In this document: positions 37,418 through 47,058 of the stretch, one piece after another
Position numbering within the stretch: position 1 is the first letter of the stretch
Layout of the letters: the number at the start of each line of letters is the position of its first letter
Position numbers and translations under genes: made by a program
From: an uncultured Chloroflexia bacterium
GTDB lineage: Bacteria > Chloroflexota > Limnocylindria > Limnocylindrales > CSP1-4
Direction: 5' to 3'
NCBI GenBank assembly: GCA_963749735.1
Contig: CAVVNZ010000004.1
Location: 104,567 to 168,566, forward strand
Length of the DNA stretch: 64,000 nt
Notes under the pieces: generated by a model
Databases searched by the model: none
Told to the model about the DNA's origin: nothing
Seen by the model: only the letters and a program-made list of their open reading frames with translations

Positions 37418-38658
37418 GACGGCACCCCCGGACCGCTCGATGCGGCCACCGCCTCCCGGGCGACCGGGGCGCTGAGCTCGGCGATGATCGCGTCCAACCG
37501 GATCAGCCCGGCGACCCGCCCGTCGCCGTCGACGAGGATCCCCTCCTGGACCCCGGCGTCGAGCAGCATCGACAGGGCGTCCTTCAGCGTGGTCCGCCGC
37601 TCGAGCAGCGGCGACATCGGACTGGCCAGGTCGCGGGCGAGCGACCCCGACGTCGGCAGATCCTCCTCCGACACCCAGCCGAGGGGATGGTCGTCCTCGT
37701 CGACGAGGAGCAGGTACGGCGACGGATCACCGGACAGCCGGCGCCGGGCGTCGGCGGCATCGTCGCCCGGCCGGGCCACGATCGCCGGGACCGACGGCAG
37801 GTCGCCGACCCGGACGAGCGACAGCCGTTTCAGGCCACGATCCGCCCCGACGAACCGCGCGACGAAGTCGGACGCCGGGTTCGCCAGGATGTCCGCCGGT
37901 GGGGCGAACTGGGCCAGCTTGCCGCCGGCCTGCATCACCGCGACGAGGTCGCCCATCTTGATCGCCTCGTCGATGTCGTGGGTCACGAACAGGATCGTCT
38001 TGGCGAGCTCCTCCTGGAGGCGGAGGAACTCGTTCTGGAGGCGGTCGCGGACGATCGGGTCGACCGCTCCGAACGGCTCGTCCATGAGCATCACCGGCGG
38101 GTCGGCCGCGAGTGCCCTGGCCACGCCGACCCGCTGCCGTTCGCCGCCCGACAGCTGGCTCGGATAGCGATCGCGGTAGCGAGACGGATCCAGGCCGACC
38201 AGGCCGAGCAGCTCGTCGGTCCGCTCCCGCTGGCGGGTCCGGTCCCAACCCAGGAGGCGCGGCACCACCGCGACGTTGTCGCCGATCGTCTGGTGCGGGA
38301 ACAGGCCGGTCGACTGGATGACGTAGCCGATCCCACGGCGGAGCTCGGTCACCTCGCGGGTCGCGGCATCGATCCCGTCGATCAGGATCCGCCCCGAAGT
38401 CGGCTCGATGAGTCGGTTGACCATCTTGAGCGATGTCGTCTTGCCGCAGCCGGAGGGTCCGACGAGCACGCAGATCCGGCCGGCCGGGACCGCGAGCGAC
38501 AGGTCGTTGACGGCGCCGGGCGTCCCCTTCTCGGTCCGGGCGTAGACCTTCGTGACATGCTCGAATTCGACGGTCGCCGCACGCCGGTCCGATCGCGCGG
38601 CGTCGGCGCCGTCGCTCGGGATCGATGCGATCGGACCTTGACTGTCGGTCGTCTCCAC
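37414..38658 (-). CDS. ABC transporter ATP-binding protein with C-terminal CBS pair (OpuBA/ProV-like)
   Basis: Part of ORF 37414..39690, starting at GTG 38658 after GGAGG. Walker A GPSGCGKTT, signature LSGGERQRV and Walker B VMLMDEPF. Its stop overlaps the next start. Confidence 0.85.
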   Translation of the reverse strand: METTDSQGPIASIPSDGADAARSDRRAATVEFEHVTKVYARTEKGTPGAVNDLSLAVPAGRICVLVGPSGCGKTTSLKMVNRLIEPTSGRILIDGIDAATREVTELRRGIGYVIQSTGLFPHQTIGDNVAVVPRLLGWDRTRQRERTDELLGLVGLDPSRYRDRYPSQLSGGERQRVGVARALAADPPVMLMDEPFGAVDPIVRDRLQNEFLRLQEELAKTILFVTHDIDEAIKMGDLVAVMQAGGKLAQFAPPADILANPASDFVARFVGADRGLKRLSLVRVGDLPSVPAIVARPGDDAADARRRLSGDPSPYLLLVDEDDHPLGWVSEEDLPTSGSLARDLASPMSPLLERRTTLKDALSMLLDAGVQEGILVDGDGRVAGLIRLDAIIAELSAPVAREAVAASSGPGVPS

Positions 38659-38768
38659 GGGTCGGGCACTACCTCCGGGTGTGGCCCGAACGGTACGGCA
38701 AAACGGCGGCGACCTTCCTCGCCGCCCGAGTCCGGCGTCGAACGCCCGGGCGCCCGCTCCTGCCCGCG

Positions 38769-39725
38769 TCAGCCGGCGTCGATGAGCGGCTTGACCTCCC
38801 CGATGAACCGCTCGAGCGACTCGACGTCGTAGGGCGTCGGCTGCTCCGAGATGACCGTCCGGAAGCCCATCTCGACGTACGGTCGGAGGCGGTCCGCGAG
38901 CTCCTCGGGAGTCCCGTTCCAGAACGTGTCGTCGTCCTCGATCTCGCTCAGCGGGGTCTTGTTGTAGGCCATCGCCTCGCGCCAGACCCGGTCGGCCTCC
39001 GCATGGGTGTCGCGGATGGTCACCTTGACGCCGAGCGTGAACTCGATCTCGGACGGATCGCGGCCGACGGCGGCGCAGTGCTCGTGGAGGACGTCGATCT
39101 TGTGGCGCATCAGCTCGACCGGCCCCATCGCGTTCCACATGTCGGCGTAGCGCGCGACGGTCCGGAGGGTCTTCTTCTCGCCGCTTCCGCCGATCATGAT
39201 CGGCAGCTTCGCCTGGGCCGTCGCCGGCTGGTGGCGCAGATCGTCGAAGGCGTAGCGCCCACCGGGCGCGGACGTGACCGAGCCGCCGTCCAGGACCTGC
39301 CGCATCGCGCCGACCGACTCGTCGAGCCAGTCGAGCCGTTGTCCGAAGCCGGAGCCGAAGTCGATCCCATGAGCGCGGTGCTCGGGCTCCATCCAGGCGC
39401 CCCCGATGCCCAGGATCGCCCGCCCGCCGCTGATGTGGTCGAGCGTGGTGGCGGTCTTCGCGACCAGGCCGGGGTTGCGGAACGTGTTGGCCCCGACGAG
39501 CAGCCCGAGGCGGGTCTGCTCCGTCGCCATCGCCCACGCCGCGAGCGTCGTCCAGCCCTCGAAGATCGGCTGGTACGGGTCGCCGAAGATCGCGTAGAGG
39601 TGGTCCCATGTCCACAGGTGCGCGTAGCCGAGCCGGTCGACCCGCTTGGCCGCATCGAGCATCTCGGGCCAGGTCGCCGCCTGGCTCCACAGGAGGATCC
39701 CAAGCTTCAGGTCGCGGTCGGGCAC
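38769..39725 (-). CDS. luciferase-like (LLM) oxidoreductase, probably F420-dependent
   Basis: 318 aa (LGYAHLWTWDHL..FEGWTTLAAWA..RLGLLVGANTFRNPGL..PIMIGGSGEKKTLR). Confidence 0.8.
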   Translation of the reverse strand: MPDRDLKLGILLWSQAATWPEMLDAAKRVDRLGYAHLWTWDHLYAIFGDPYQPIFEGWTTLAAWAMATEQTRLGLLVGANTFRNPGLVAKTATTLDHISGGRAILGIGGAWMEPEHRAHGIDFGSGFGQRLDWLDESVGAMRQVLDGGSVTSAPGGRYAFDDLRHQPATAQAKLPIMIGGSGEKKTLRTVARYADMWNAMGPVELMRHKIDVLHEHCAAVGRDPSEIEFTLGVKVTIRDTHAEADRVWREAMAYNKTPLSEIEDDDTFWNGTPEELADRLRPYVEMGFRTVISEQPTPYDVESLERFIGEVKPLIDAG

Positions 39726-39812
39726 GTCGTCCTCCAGTCTGTCCGGTCCGATGGCAGGCCCCTACGGTACGCGAGGACGGGGACCTCCATCAGCCCGCCC
39801 CGACCGGCCGGA

Positions 39813-40637
39813 TCAGCCGAGCGGCAGGGTGGCCAGGTCGCCGTCGATGAGCTCTCGCTCTTCGGGGTCGGCGACCCGTGCCAGGGCGTCGCGGGAGCGG
39901 TCCCGCCACGTCGCGGCGGCGACCGGGTCGCCGGCCACCGCGTGCGCCCGGGCGAGCGCCTCGTAGGCCGCGGGGAGGTCCCAGTCCTCGATCCCTTCGC
40001 CACCCGCCTCGAGGATGGCCAGGCAGCGTCGAGCGTGCCACACGGCCGGCTCACCCCGGCCTAGGACGGCGTACACGCGCGAGCAGAGCCACTCGCCTCG
40101 TGCGCGATTGGCCGGGAGACCGATCGTGTCCCAATGCAGGCGCGACGCATGGGCGGCATGGATCATCCGATCGACATCCTCCGCCGAACGGTCCTCCCGT
40201 TCGAGGAGCGTCCAGGTGTAGTTGAAGAGCCCCGCCGCCAGCTGGCGCTGCGTCGTCGGGTCGAGCTCGGGTGGCATCGATGGTCGGCTCACGATCGGCT
40301 CCCTTCGATTGATCGCTCCGCGGATGTGGTGGAGGACGTGCTGGCCCCGGGCGACCCTGGCCTCCATCCGGAGGCGGTGTCGGTCGAGCGCCGCGAGGCG
40401 CCCCAGCTCATCCGGTGCGTCGAGGACGAGCCCGACCTCGTCGAGCGGCAGGTCGAGCTCGCGCAGCCGGCCGATCGTCCTGGCGCGCTCGAGCTGCGCC
40501 CGCTGATAGCGGCGATAGCCGGTCCACGGGTCGACCTCGGCCGGCACCAGCAGGCCCAGCTCGTCGTAGTGACGGAGCGCGCCGATGCTGAGGCCGGACA
40601 GCCGGGCGAACCGGCCGATCGAGAGGATGTCGTCCAC
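39813..40637 (-). CDS. MerR-family regulator fused to a helical C-terminal domain
   Basis: ORF 39813..40871 trimmed to GTG 40637. HTH motif SIGRFARLSGLSIGALRHYDELGLL.. and a C-terminal domain ..NRARGEWLCSRVYAVLGRGEPAVWHARRCL.. Confidence 0.75.
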   Translation of the reverse strand: MDDILSIGRFARLSGLSIGALRHYDELGLLVPAEVDPWTGYRRYQRAQLERARTIGRLRELDLPLDEVGLVLDAPDELGRLAALDRHRLRMEARVARGQHVLHHIRGAINRREPIVSRPSMPPELDPTTQRQLAAGLFNYTWTLLEREDRSAEDVDRMIHAAHASRLHWDTIGLPANRARGEWLCSRVYAVLGRGEPAVWHARRCLAILEAGGEGIEDWDLPAAYEALARAHAVAGDPVAAATWRDRSRDALARVADPEERELIDGDLATLPLG

Positions 40638-40701
40638 GGCGCCGATCGTCGGGTCTCGACCAGGTCGAGAGTCAAGCCTCCCGACCCGCGGACCGCGGCG
40701 G

Positions 40702-40980
40702 TCAGGCGTTGTCGAGCTCACGGGAGATCGCCCGGAGGATGAACCGGGCGGCCTCGGCGCTCTTCCCACCGAGCTTCTGGTCGTCGTCCTGCTCGAGCGC
40801 GACATCGAGGTCGCCGAGCATCGCATCCAGCGCGGGCGTCCTGACCAGAGCGCCGGCGGCGAACGCCCCATCGAGCCGGGCAGCGGCTCGGCGGGCGTTG
40901 TCGACGGCGTGGCCCTTGTCGTCGATGATCGCCCGGATCTCCGTCCTGGCCGCGTCTGCCGCCGGACCCTGGCTCGCCAT
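40702..40980 (-). CDS. small helical hypothetical protein
   Basis: 92 aa. Its ATG overlaps the GNAT stop by 1 nt (TGATG), suggesting translational coupling. I recognise no motif. Confidence 0.4.
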   Translation of the reverse strand: MASQGPAADAARTEIRAIIDDKGHAVDNARRAAARLDGAFAAGALVRTPALDAMLGDLDVALEQDDDQKLGGKSAEAARFILRAISRELDNA

Positions 40981-41633
40981 CAGCTGGTCCGCTCGATCCG
41001 GACGACCGGGATCGTCTCACCTGCTGACGACCGCCCGATGTCGACGACACCCGGTCCGGGCGTCTGCGGGCCGCGTTCGCGGACCGCCCAATCCGAATCG
41101 AGCATGCTCATCTGGAGCTCGTCCCAGTACCGGCCGTCGCGCCAGATCGACTGACGGGCGCGGCCCTCGACGACGAAGCCGGCCTTGCGATAGGCGCGGA
41201 TCGCGCGCTCATTGAAGGCGAACACGGACAGCGACACGCGGTGGAGCCCGAGTCGCTCGAAGGCGTGCTCGATCATCAGTGTCGTCGCTTCGGTGCCGTA
41301 GCCCAGGCCCCAGACATCCTTCTCGCCGATCGTGATGTGGTACAGGGCCGAACCGTTGTCACCATCGAGCTGGCTGAAGGCGCACGTCCCGATGAGCCGA
41401 TCGGACTCGCGCAGGTGGATCGCCAGGGCCATCGAGTCGGGACCGACGACGCGCGCCTGGAAGAACCGGTCGATCTCGGCGACCGGCATGATCCCCTCCT
41501 GGTAGCGGGTCAGCCGGGCGACCTCGGGGTCGGCGTACCAGCGACGGAACGCCAGCAGGTTCTCGGGCACGTGTCGCCGGAGGACGATCCGATCGCCCGT
41601 GATGGAGTCCGGGAACCAGCCGCGATGGATCAT
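40980..41633 (-). CDS. GNAT-family N-acetyltransferase (RimJ/RimL-like)
   Basis: C-terminal 217 aa of ORF 40980..43445, starting at ATG 41633. Contains IGEKDVWGLGYGTEATTLMIEHAFERLGLHRVSLSVFAFNERAIRAYRKAGF. Confidence 0.8.
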   Translation of the reverse strand: MIHRGWFPDSITGDRIVLRRHVPENLLAFRRWYADPEVARLTRYQEGIMPVAEIDRFFQARVVGPDSMALAIHLRESDRLIGTCAFSQLDGDNGSALYHITIGEKDVWGLGYGTEATTLMIEHAFERLGLHRVSLSVFAFNERAIRAYRKAGFVVEGRARQSIWRDGRYWDELQMSMLDSDWAVRERGPQTPGPGVVDIGRSSAGETIPVVRIERTS

Positions 41634-41660
41634 GGGCGACGAAGGTATACCATCGCCGCC

Positions 41661-43370
41661 ATGCGCCGCTGGAGCGAGGTGGCCGAGCGGGTCGCTGCCA
41701 CGACGCGCACCTCCGAGAAGACCCGCCTGCTCGCCGACGAGCTGCCCACGCTGTCCCCGGACGAGCTGCCGATCGCCGCGGTCTTCCTCGCCGGCCGTCC
41801 GTTCGCCGAGGTCGACGGCCGATCGACCGGTCTCGGCTGGGCGACGATCGCGGCCGCGGTCACGGGTTTGGCCGGGGTCCCGGCGGGGGCGCTCGGCGAG
41901 GCCTACGATCGATCGTCCGACCTCGGGCTGGCCGTCGCCGACGTGCTGGGTGGCGCGAACGGGTCCCGGCCGGAGACCGGCGAGTCGCCGACCCTCGTCG
42001 ACGTCGCGGCGTTCTTCGCGGCGATCGAAGCGGCGTCGGGACCTGCCGCGAAGGGCGCCCTGTTCACCGACCTGCTCGCCCGCTGCGACCCGTTGACCGC
42101 GAAGTACGTCGTCAAGATCCTGTCCGGCGACCTTCGGATCGGGTTGCGGGAAGGGCTCCTCGAGGCGGCCATCGCCGCCGCGTTCGACCGACCGCTCGAC
42201 TCGGTCAAGCGGGCCGGGATGCTGACCGGCGACGTCGGAGCGACCGCGGTGCTGGCTCGCGACGACGCCCTCGACAGCGCCACCCTCCGCCTCTTCCACC
42301 CGCTCAAGTTCATGCTCGCCTCGCCGGCCGAGGACGCCGCCGAGATCATGGCCCGACTCGGGCCGACGGCCTGGGTCGAGGACAAGTACGACGGGGTCCG
42401 GGTCCAGCTGCACCGCGCCGGGGACGAGGTCCGCCTCTACAGCCGCGACCTGCACGACGTCAGCCGTCAGTTCCCCGAGATCGTCGACGGGGCTCGCGAC
42501 CTGCCCTGGGACGGCATCCTCGACGGCGAGCTGCTGGCCTATCGGGACGGTGCGGTGATGCCGTTCGTCGCCCTCCAGAAACGGTTGGGCCGGAAGGCGC
42601 CGTCGGCCTCGATCCGGAGCCAGGTCCCGGTCATCTGCGTCGCCTTCGACGTCCTGGCGATGGGGCCGCGCGACGGCCGGACCGAGCCCGGCCTCGACCG
42701 ACCGCTTTCGGATCGGCGGCGGCGGCTCGAAGGGCTCGGCCTGCCGCTCGTCGGGGACGGCGGGGTCTTCGCTCTGTCCCACCGCGTGTCGGTCGGGTCG
42801 GTCGAGGACCTCGAGCAGGCGTTCGCCGACGCTCGCAGCCGGAACAACGAGGGATTGATGGTCAAGGACCCGACGAGTCCCTATTCGCCGGGTCGACGCG
42901 GGCTCGGCTGGCTGAAGATGAAGAAGGCGCTGGCGACGATCGACTGCGTGGTCGTCGGCGTCGAGGTCGGTCACGGGAAGCGCCACGGGGTCCTGTCCGA
43001 CTACACCTTCGCCGTACGTGACGAGGTCTCGGGCGCGCTCGTGACCATCGGCAAGGCGTACAGCGGGCTGACCGACGCAGAGATCGCCGAGATGACGGCC
43101 TGGTTCGAGGCGCACACGGTGGAGCGGTTCGGCCGCTATCGGGTCGTCGAGCCCACCGTCGTCGTCGAGATCGCGTTCGACGTCATCGTCCGCTCGACCC
43201 GCCACCGATCCGGGTTCTCGCTGCGCTTCCCCCGGATCGCCCATCTCCGTCCCGACAAGACGGTCGCCGAGATCGACACGGTCGCCGACGTCGAAGCCAT
43301 CTGGCGCGGCCTGCAGCACGGTCCGGAGCACCTGGTGACAGCACGCGCCGGGAGTCAGCCGGAGAGCTGA
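41661..43370 (+). CDS. ATP-dependent DNA ligase (three-domain Lig1/LigB type)
   Basis: Within ORF 41241..43370, starting at ATG 41661. Adenylation motif I EDKYDGVRVQ, plus ..EGLMVKD.., ..WLKMKK.. and an OB-domain tail. Confidence 0.9.
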   Translation: MRRWSEVAERVAATTRTSEKTRLLADELPTLSPDELPIAAVFLAGRPFAEVDGRSTGLGWATIAAAVTGLAGVPAGALGEAYDRSSDLGLAVADVLGGANGSRPETGESPTLVDVAAFFAAIEAASGPAAKGALFTDLLARCDPLTAKYVVKILSGDLRIGLREGLLEAAIAAAFDRPLDSVKRAGMLTGDVGATAVLARDDALDSATLRLFHPLKFMLASPAEDAAEIMARLGPTAWVEDKYDGVRVQLHRAGDEVRLYSRDLHDVSRQFPEIVDGARDLPWDGILDGELLAYRDGAVMPFVALQKRLGRKAPSASIRSQVPVICVAFDVLAMGPRDGRTEPGLDRPLSDRRRRLEGLGLPLVGDGGVFALSHRVSVGSVEDLEQAFADARSRNNEGLMVKDPTSPYSPGRRGLGWLKMKKALATIDCVVVGVEVGHGKRHGVLSDYTFAVRDEVSGALVTIGKAYSGLTDAEIAEMTAWFEAHTVERFGRYRVVEPTVVVEIAFDVIVRSTRHRSGFSLRFPRIAHLRPDKTVAEIDTVADVEAIWRGLQHGPEHLVTARAGSQPES

Positions 43371-43407
43371 ACTCGGGCTGGTCCGGGTCCGAGGCCGGGC
43401 GTATCCT

Positions 43408-43959
43408 GTGCGGATGTTCGCTCCTGCCCAGCAGACGGAGCTCACGCTCTACACCGACTCGTACATCGTCCGGGGGACCGTCGAGACGCGCGAGCGGCGG
43501 GTGACGGACATCCTCAACCACGCCGAGCACGACTTCCTCGTCCTCCGCCAGACCAACCTCGACGAGTACGGCTCGCGGGCCATGAGCATCCAGTCCGAGT
43601 ACTCGCAGGTGAACCTGGCCAGCGTCCTGTTCGCGGTCGCCCAGGATTTCGTCGGACCTGCGCCGGAGCTGCGGATGCCCAAGGTCCCCGAGGAGGCGAT
43701 GATCATCGTCCCTCCCTTCCGGCTGACGGGGCGGATCCATCTCCTTCCCGAGCGCAACCTGGCCGACGCGCTGGGCGAGCTGATCGGTCGGTTCATCCCG
43801 GTCACCGATGCGGCGTTCTGGTCGGACAGCGTCGGCGAGGCGCGCCAGACGGCGACGATGGTCGCAGTCAACCACGCTCGGACCCAGATCTTCGCCCCGC
43901 ACCGCGTCGTCGACCCGTGGGCCGACCTGCCCGCCGACCACCCCGGGGATCGCGGCTAG
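43408..43959 (+). CDS. hypothetical protein
   Basis: 183 aa with balanced composition and high GC3. I recognise no motif. The alternative ATG at 43414 is equally possible. Confidence 0.55.
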   Translation: MRMFAPAQQTELTLYTDSYIVRGTVETRERRVTDILNHAEHDFLVLRQTNLDEYGSRAMSIQSEYSQVNLASVLFAVAQDFVGPAPELRMPKVPEEAMIIVPPFRLTGRIHLLPERNLADALGELIGRFIPVTDAAFWSDSVGEARQTATMVAVNHARTQIFAPHRVVDPWADLPADHPGDRG

Positions 43960-43963
43960 ATCG

Positions 43964-44839
43964 TCAGCGATCCACCGGCAGGTCGAGTCGGTCGCCCCAT
44001 TCCGCCCAGCCCCCGTCGTAGACGGCCACGTCGTCGTGGCCGAGCAGGGTCAGGATGAAGGCGAGCTTGGCCGCGGCGATCCCGGAACCGTCGTAGCAGA
44101 CCATCCGGCGACCACGGGTGACATTCGCCTTCAGCAGCCCATCGCGGATCGCATCGGCCGGCCGGAACCGGCCCGTGCCCGGCTCGGTCATCGTCGAGAC
44201 CGGCACGTTGACCGCGCCGGGGATGTGGCCCAGCCGTCGCGTGTTGCCTTCGAACCCGCGGTACTCGGCCGGGGCGCGTGCGTCGAGGAGGAGGACCTCC
44301 GGCGAGCCCATCAGGCCCCGGATGTCAGTCGTCGTCAGCCGCATCCGCGGCATGGCGTGCGGGATGAACGACGCCGGCGTCGGTGGCAGCGTCGCGGTCG
44401 AGACCTCGCGTCCCGCGGCCGTCCACGCCGGGAGGCCGCCGTCGAGGATCCGGCCCGACTCGAGGCCGTACGTCCGGAGACTCCACCACGCTCGAGCGGC
44501 GTACAGGCTCGCCGTGTCGTCGTACAGGACCACCGTGGCGCCGGCCCCGACCCCCAACCGGCCGAGTGCCGAGGCGACGTGGTCCGGGCCCGCGAGCAGC
44601 ATCAGCGCGCTGTCCTCCGGACGATCGATCAGGTCGGTCGTCCAGTCCAGGAAGGCGGCACCCGGGATGTGGCCCGCGGCGTGGGCCGCCCGACCGGTCC
44701 CATCCGGACGGGACCGGACGTCGAGCACGCGGATCTCGGGACGACCCAGGTTCTCGGCCAGCCAGTCCACCGTGGCCAGGAGCTCCGGGCGGGGGTAGCC
44801 GCTCACGCCTCGTATCATACGGACCCGTGGTGACCCCAT
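43964..44839 (-). CDS. tandem-rhodanese sulfurtransferase (SseA/thiosulfate-3-mercaptopyruvate type)
   Basis: 291 aa with two rhodanese repeats (VLDVRS..GHIPGAAFLDW ; LLDARAPAEYRG..GHIPGAVNVP..MVCYDGSGIAA..GGWAEW). The start is ambiguous (44839, 44818 or 44806). Confidence 0.8.
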   Translation of the reverse strand: MGSPRVRMIRGVSGYPRPELLATVDWLAENLGRPEIRVLDVRSRPDGTGRAAHAAGHIPGAAFLDWTTDLIDRPEDSALMLLAGPDHVASALGRLGVGAGATVVLYDDTASLYAARAWWSLRTYGLESGRILDGGLPAWTAAGREVSTATLPPTPASFIPHAMPRMRLTTTDIRGLMGSPEVLLLDARAPAEYRGFEGNTRRLGHIPGAVNVPVSTMTEPGTGRFRPADAIRDGLLKANVTRGRRMVCYDGSGIAAAKLAFILTLLGHDDVAVYDGGWAEWGDRLDLPVDR

Positions 44840-46056
44840 TCCTCCCGGACGGCGAGAAGCTGGCGGCCGTCCGCGAGGCCCTGCCGGCGATCGCGGCGGG
44901 CATCTACCTGAACGCGGGCGCCGCCGGACCGCTGCCCGCCGAGACGCACCGGGCGATGGCCGAGCAGGCGGAGCGCGAGCTTCGCGTCGGGCGCGCCAGC
45001 CCGGACGACTCCCTCGAGCTGCTCGAGCGGATGGACGAGGCTCGCGGGGTGATCGCCGCCGTCGCCCGAGCCGACCCCGCCTCGATCGTCCTGACCCACT
45101 CGACGAGCGAGGCCATGGACCTCGCCGCCCGAGCGATCGACTGGCGACGCGGCGACCGAGCCGTCACCGGACCCCGCCGGCATGCGGGGGCACTCGGCGC
45201 CCTGCCTGTCTTGTCCGAACGGCTCGGGATCGAGCTGGCGGAGGCCGCCATCGGCGACGACGGCGACGAGGATCGGGTGCTTGCGGCGTTCGACGCCGCC
45301 ATCGCACCCGGGACACGGCTCGTATCCGTCGGGCACGTCGCCTGGACGACCGGGGTGCGACTGCCGATCGGTCGGATCGCCGAGCTCGCCCACGCGCGCG
45401 GCGCCCTGCTGGCCGTCGATGGGGCCCAAGCGATCGGCGCGATCCCCGTCGATGTGGCGCGCGAGGGCGTCGACTTCTACGCGATGCCGGCTCACAAGTG
45501 GCTGCTCGGGCCGGAGGGGATGGCGGCGCTGTACGTCGCCCCGGGCATCGCCGATCGCATCCCGGACGACACGGGCGGGGGCGACCCGGCAGGAGCCTCG
45601 GATGCTCTGGCCGGGGCCGCGTCCGGGCGCCGGTCCGAGCTGTCGGGGTTCGGTCGGGCGGCGGTGGTCGGGATGGCCCGGAGCATCGCCTGGCTGTCGA
45701 TGTACGTCGGCCTCGAGTGGGTCCATCGGCGGGGGACCGCCCTGGCAGGTTCGCTCGCCGATCGACTCGCCGCGATCCCGGGCGTCGAAGTCCTGACCCC
45801 TCGGCAGGCGATGGCGACCACGATCGCCTTCCGGATCGCCGGCTGGCACCCGGAGGACGCCTTCGAGGAGATCTCCCGCCGCTCGTTCGCCATCTTCCAG
45901 ACCGTCCCGGGCGAAGCGCTCCGGGTCGGCGTCGGCTTCTACAACAGCGAGGAGGAGCTCGAACGGTTCGCCGCGACGGTCGAGCTGCTCGCCGCGCACA
46001 CGCCCGAGACGATCCCGCCCCGGCGCACCCTGACGATCATCGGGGACGCAGGATGA
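44827..46056 (+). CDS. class V aminotransferase / cysteine-desulfurase-like PLP enzyme
   Basis: Part of ORF 44383..46056, starting at GTG 44827 or 44830. Contains IYLNAGAAGPLP, ..THSTSEAM.., and the PLP-lysine region DFYAMPAHKWLLGPEG. Confidence 0.8.
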   Translation: MVTPFLPDGEKLAAVREALPAIAAGIYLNAGAAGPLPAETHRAMAEQAERELRVGRASPDDSLELLERMDEARGVIAAVARADPASIVLTHSTSEAMDLAARAIDWRRGDRAVTGPRRHAGALGALPVLSERLGIELAEAAIGDDGDEDRVLAAFDAAIAPGTRLVSVGHVAWTTGVRLPIGRIAELAHARGALLAVDGAQAIGAIPVDVAREGVDFYAMPAHKWLLGPEGMAALYVAPGIADRIPDDTGGGDPAGASDALAGAASGRRSELSGFGRAAVVGMARSIAWLSMYVGLEWVHRRGTALAGSLADRLAAIPGVEVLTPRQAMATTIAFRIAGWHPEDAFEEISRRSFAIFQTVPGEALRVGVGFYNSEEELERFAATVELLAAHTPETIPPRRTLTIIGDAG

Positions 46057-46475
46057 CGGTAGGTGACGGGGCTGGGCGCCCCGCCCCGCCCGATGGGATC
46101 CGACGCCGCGGCTGGGTCGAGGTGCGCTGGCGCCAGTTCCGGAATGCGCCCCGCCCGATCGTCCGGGCCGTCCTCAGCCCGCTCGTGGTCGCGATCGTCC
46201 TCGGATCGGCGTACCTGCTCTACGACGTCGCCCTGTCCCGTGGCGTCGTCCTGCCCGGTGGCGATCTCCGGTCGCTCGCCGTGCTGGTGTTCGTCGTCCT
46301 CGTCCTGGTGGTCGGGACCGCCGTGACCTATCTCATCGTCCCGCAGCCGACCGGATCGGGGACGGCGCGGACTCGAAGCGTGTGGAGCGCGGCCCTCGGC
46401 TTCTTCGCCGCGGTCCCGATCGCGTACCTCGTCCTGGTGGTCGAGGCGCAGTTGCTTCGTCCGCTGCTCGTGTGA
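46053..46475 (+). CDS. small membrane protein
   Basis: C-terminal 140 aa of ORF 45498..46475. ATGA overlap with the upstream stop. Three predicted TM helices. Confidence 0.55.
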   Translation: MTVGDGAGRPAPPDGIRRRGWVEVRWRQFRNAPRPIVRAVLSPLVVAIVLGSAYLLYDVALSRGVVLPGGDLRSLAVLVFVVLVLVVGTAVTYLIVPQPTGSGTARTRSVWSAALGFFAAVPIAYLVLVVEAQLLRPLLV

Positions 46476-46650
46476 CTGCCCGACGGACCGGACGTTCGTT
46501 CGTGGTCGTGGTCCGTACGCACCGCTTCCACGCACGGGGGCCCATCAGGGACTAGCCCCTCCGTACCATTCCGCGATATCGTGCGGTCGCTATCATCTGG
46601 CCCGGGACCGTCGCCATCGACGGTTTCGATGGAATCGTCCGAGGTCGCGC

Positions 46651-46938
46651 GTGTCGTCTGAAGAGCACCACCTCGCTCTGCCCAAGCTCTACGGTGCCCC
46701 GGCCTACGCGCGTCCGCCCCGTTCGCTCGAGATCATCGAGCGGCCCATCGACCCGGACGACCTCCCCCTCGAGCTCGAGCGGACCGACGACGAGCACGAC
46801 TTGGTCTCGCGGCTGAGCGGCAGTCCGTTCGCCCCGGTCCTGACGGCACCGTCCAATGGTCATGGGCAACGCCACGGGATCCAGGGCCGTCCGTTCCGCC
46901 TGCGGTCGCTGACCGAGAAGCTCTTCCGGGGCGACTGA
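46651..46938 (+). CDS. small hypothetical protein
   Basis: 95 aa from a GTG start. Composition is plausible but there is no motif, and it is weakly supported. Confidence 0.35.
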   Translation: MSSEEHHLALPKLYGAPAYARPPRSLEIIERPIDPDDLPLELERTDDEHDLVSRLSGSPFAPVLTAPSNGHGQRHGIQGRPFRLRSLTEKLFRGD

Positions 46939-46993
46939 CCCCGTCGGGACCGGCTAGGGTCCCCACGCCGGCGTCGAAATGGCGCCGCGTCAC

Positions 46994-47022
46994 GGTATCC
47001 CTCCAGGATTGGAGAGGATACC
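46994..47022. promoter_or_regulatory. imperfect inverted repeat upstream of the Mo-responsive regulator gene
   Basis: GGTATCCCTCC-N6-GGAGAGGATACC at 46994-47022. A second small palindrome ACATAC-GCG-GTATGT spans the ATG at 47059. Confidence 0.3.
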
Positions 47023-47058
47023 TAGACATCGGACGGACTTTCTGCTTACATACGCGGT

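Noticed and set aside
46476-46650. Less GC-rich 175-bp gap examined for a small RNA or terminator
   Set aside because: It holds only weak, imperfect hairpins and has no recognisable RNA family motif. It is more likely just the promoter region of the weakly supported small ORF at 46651.
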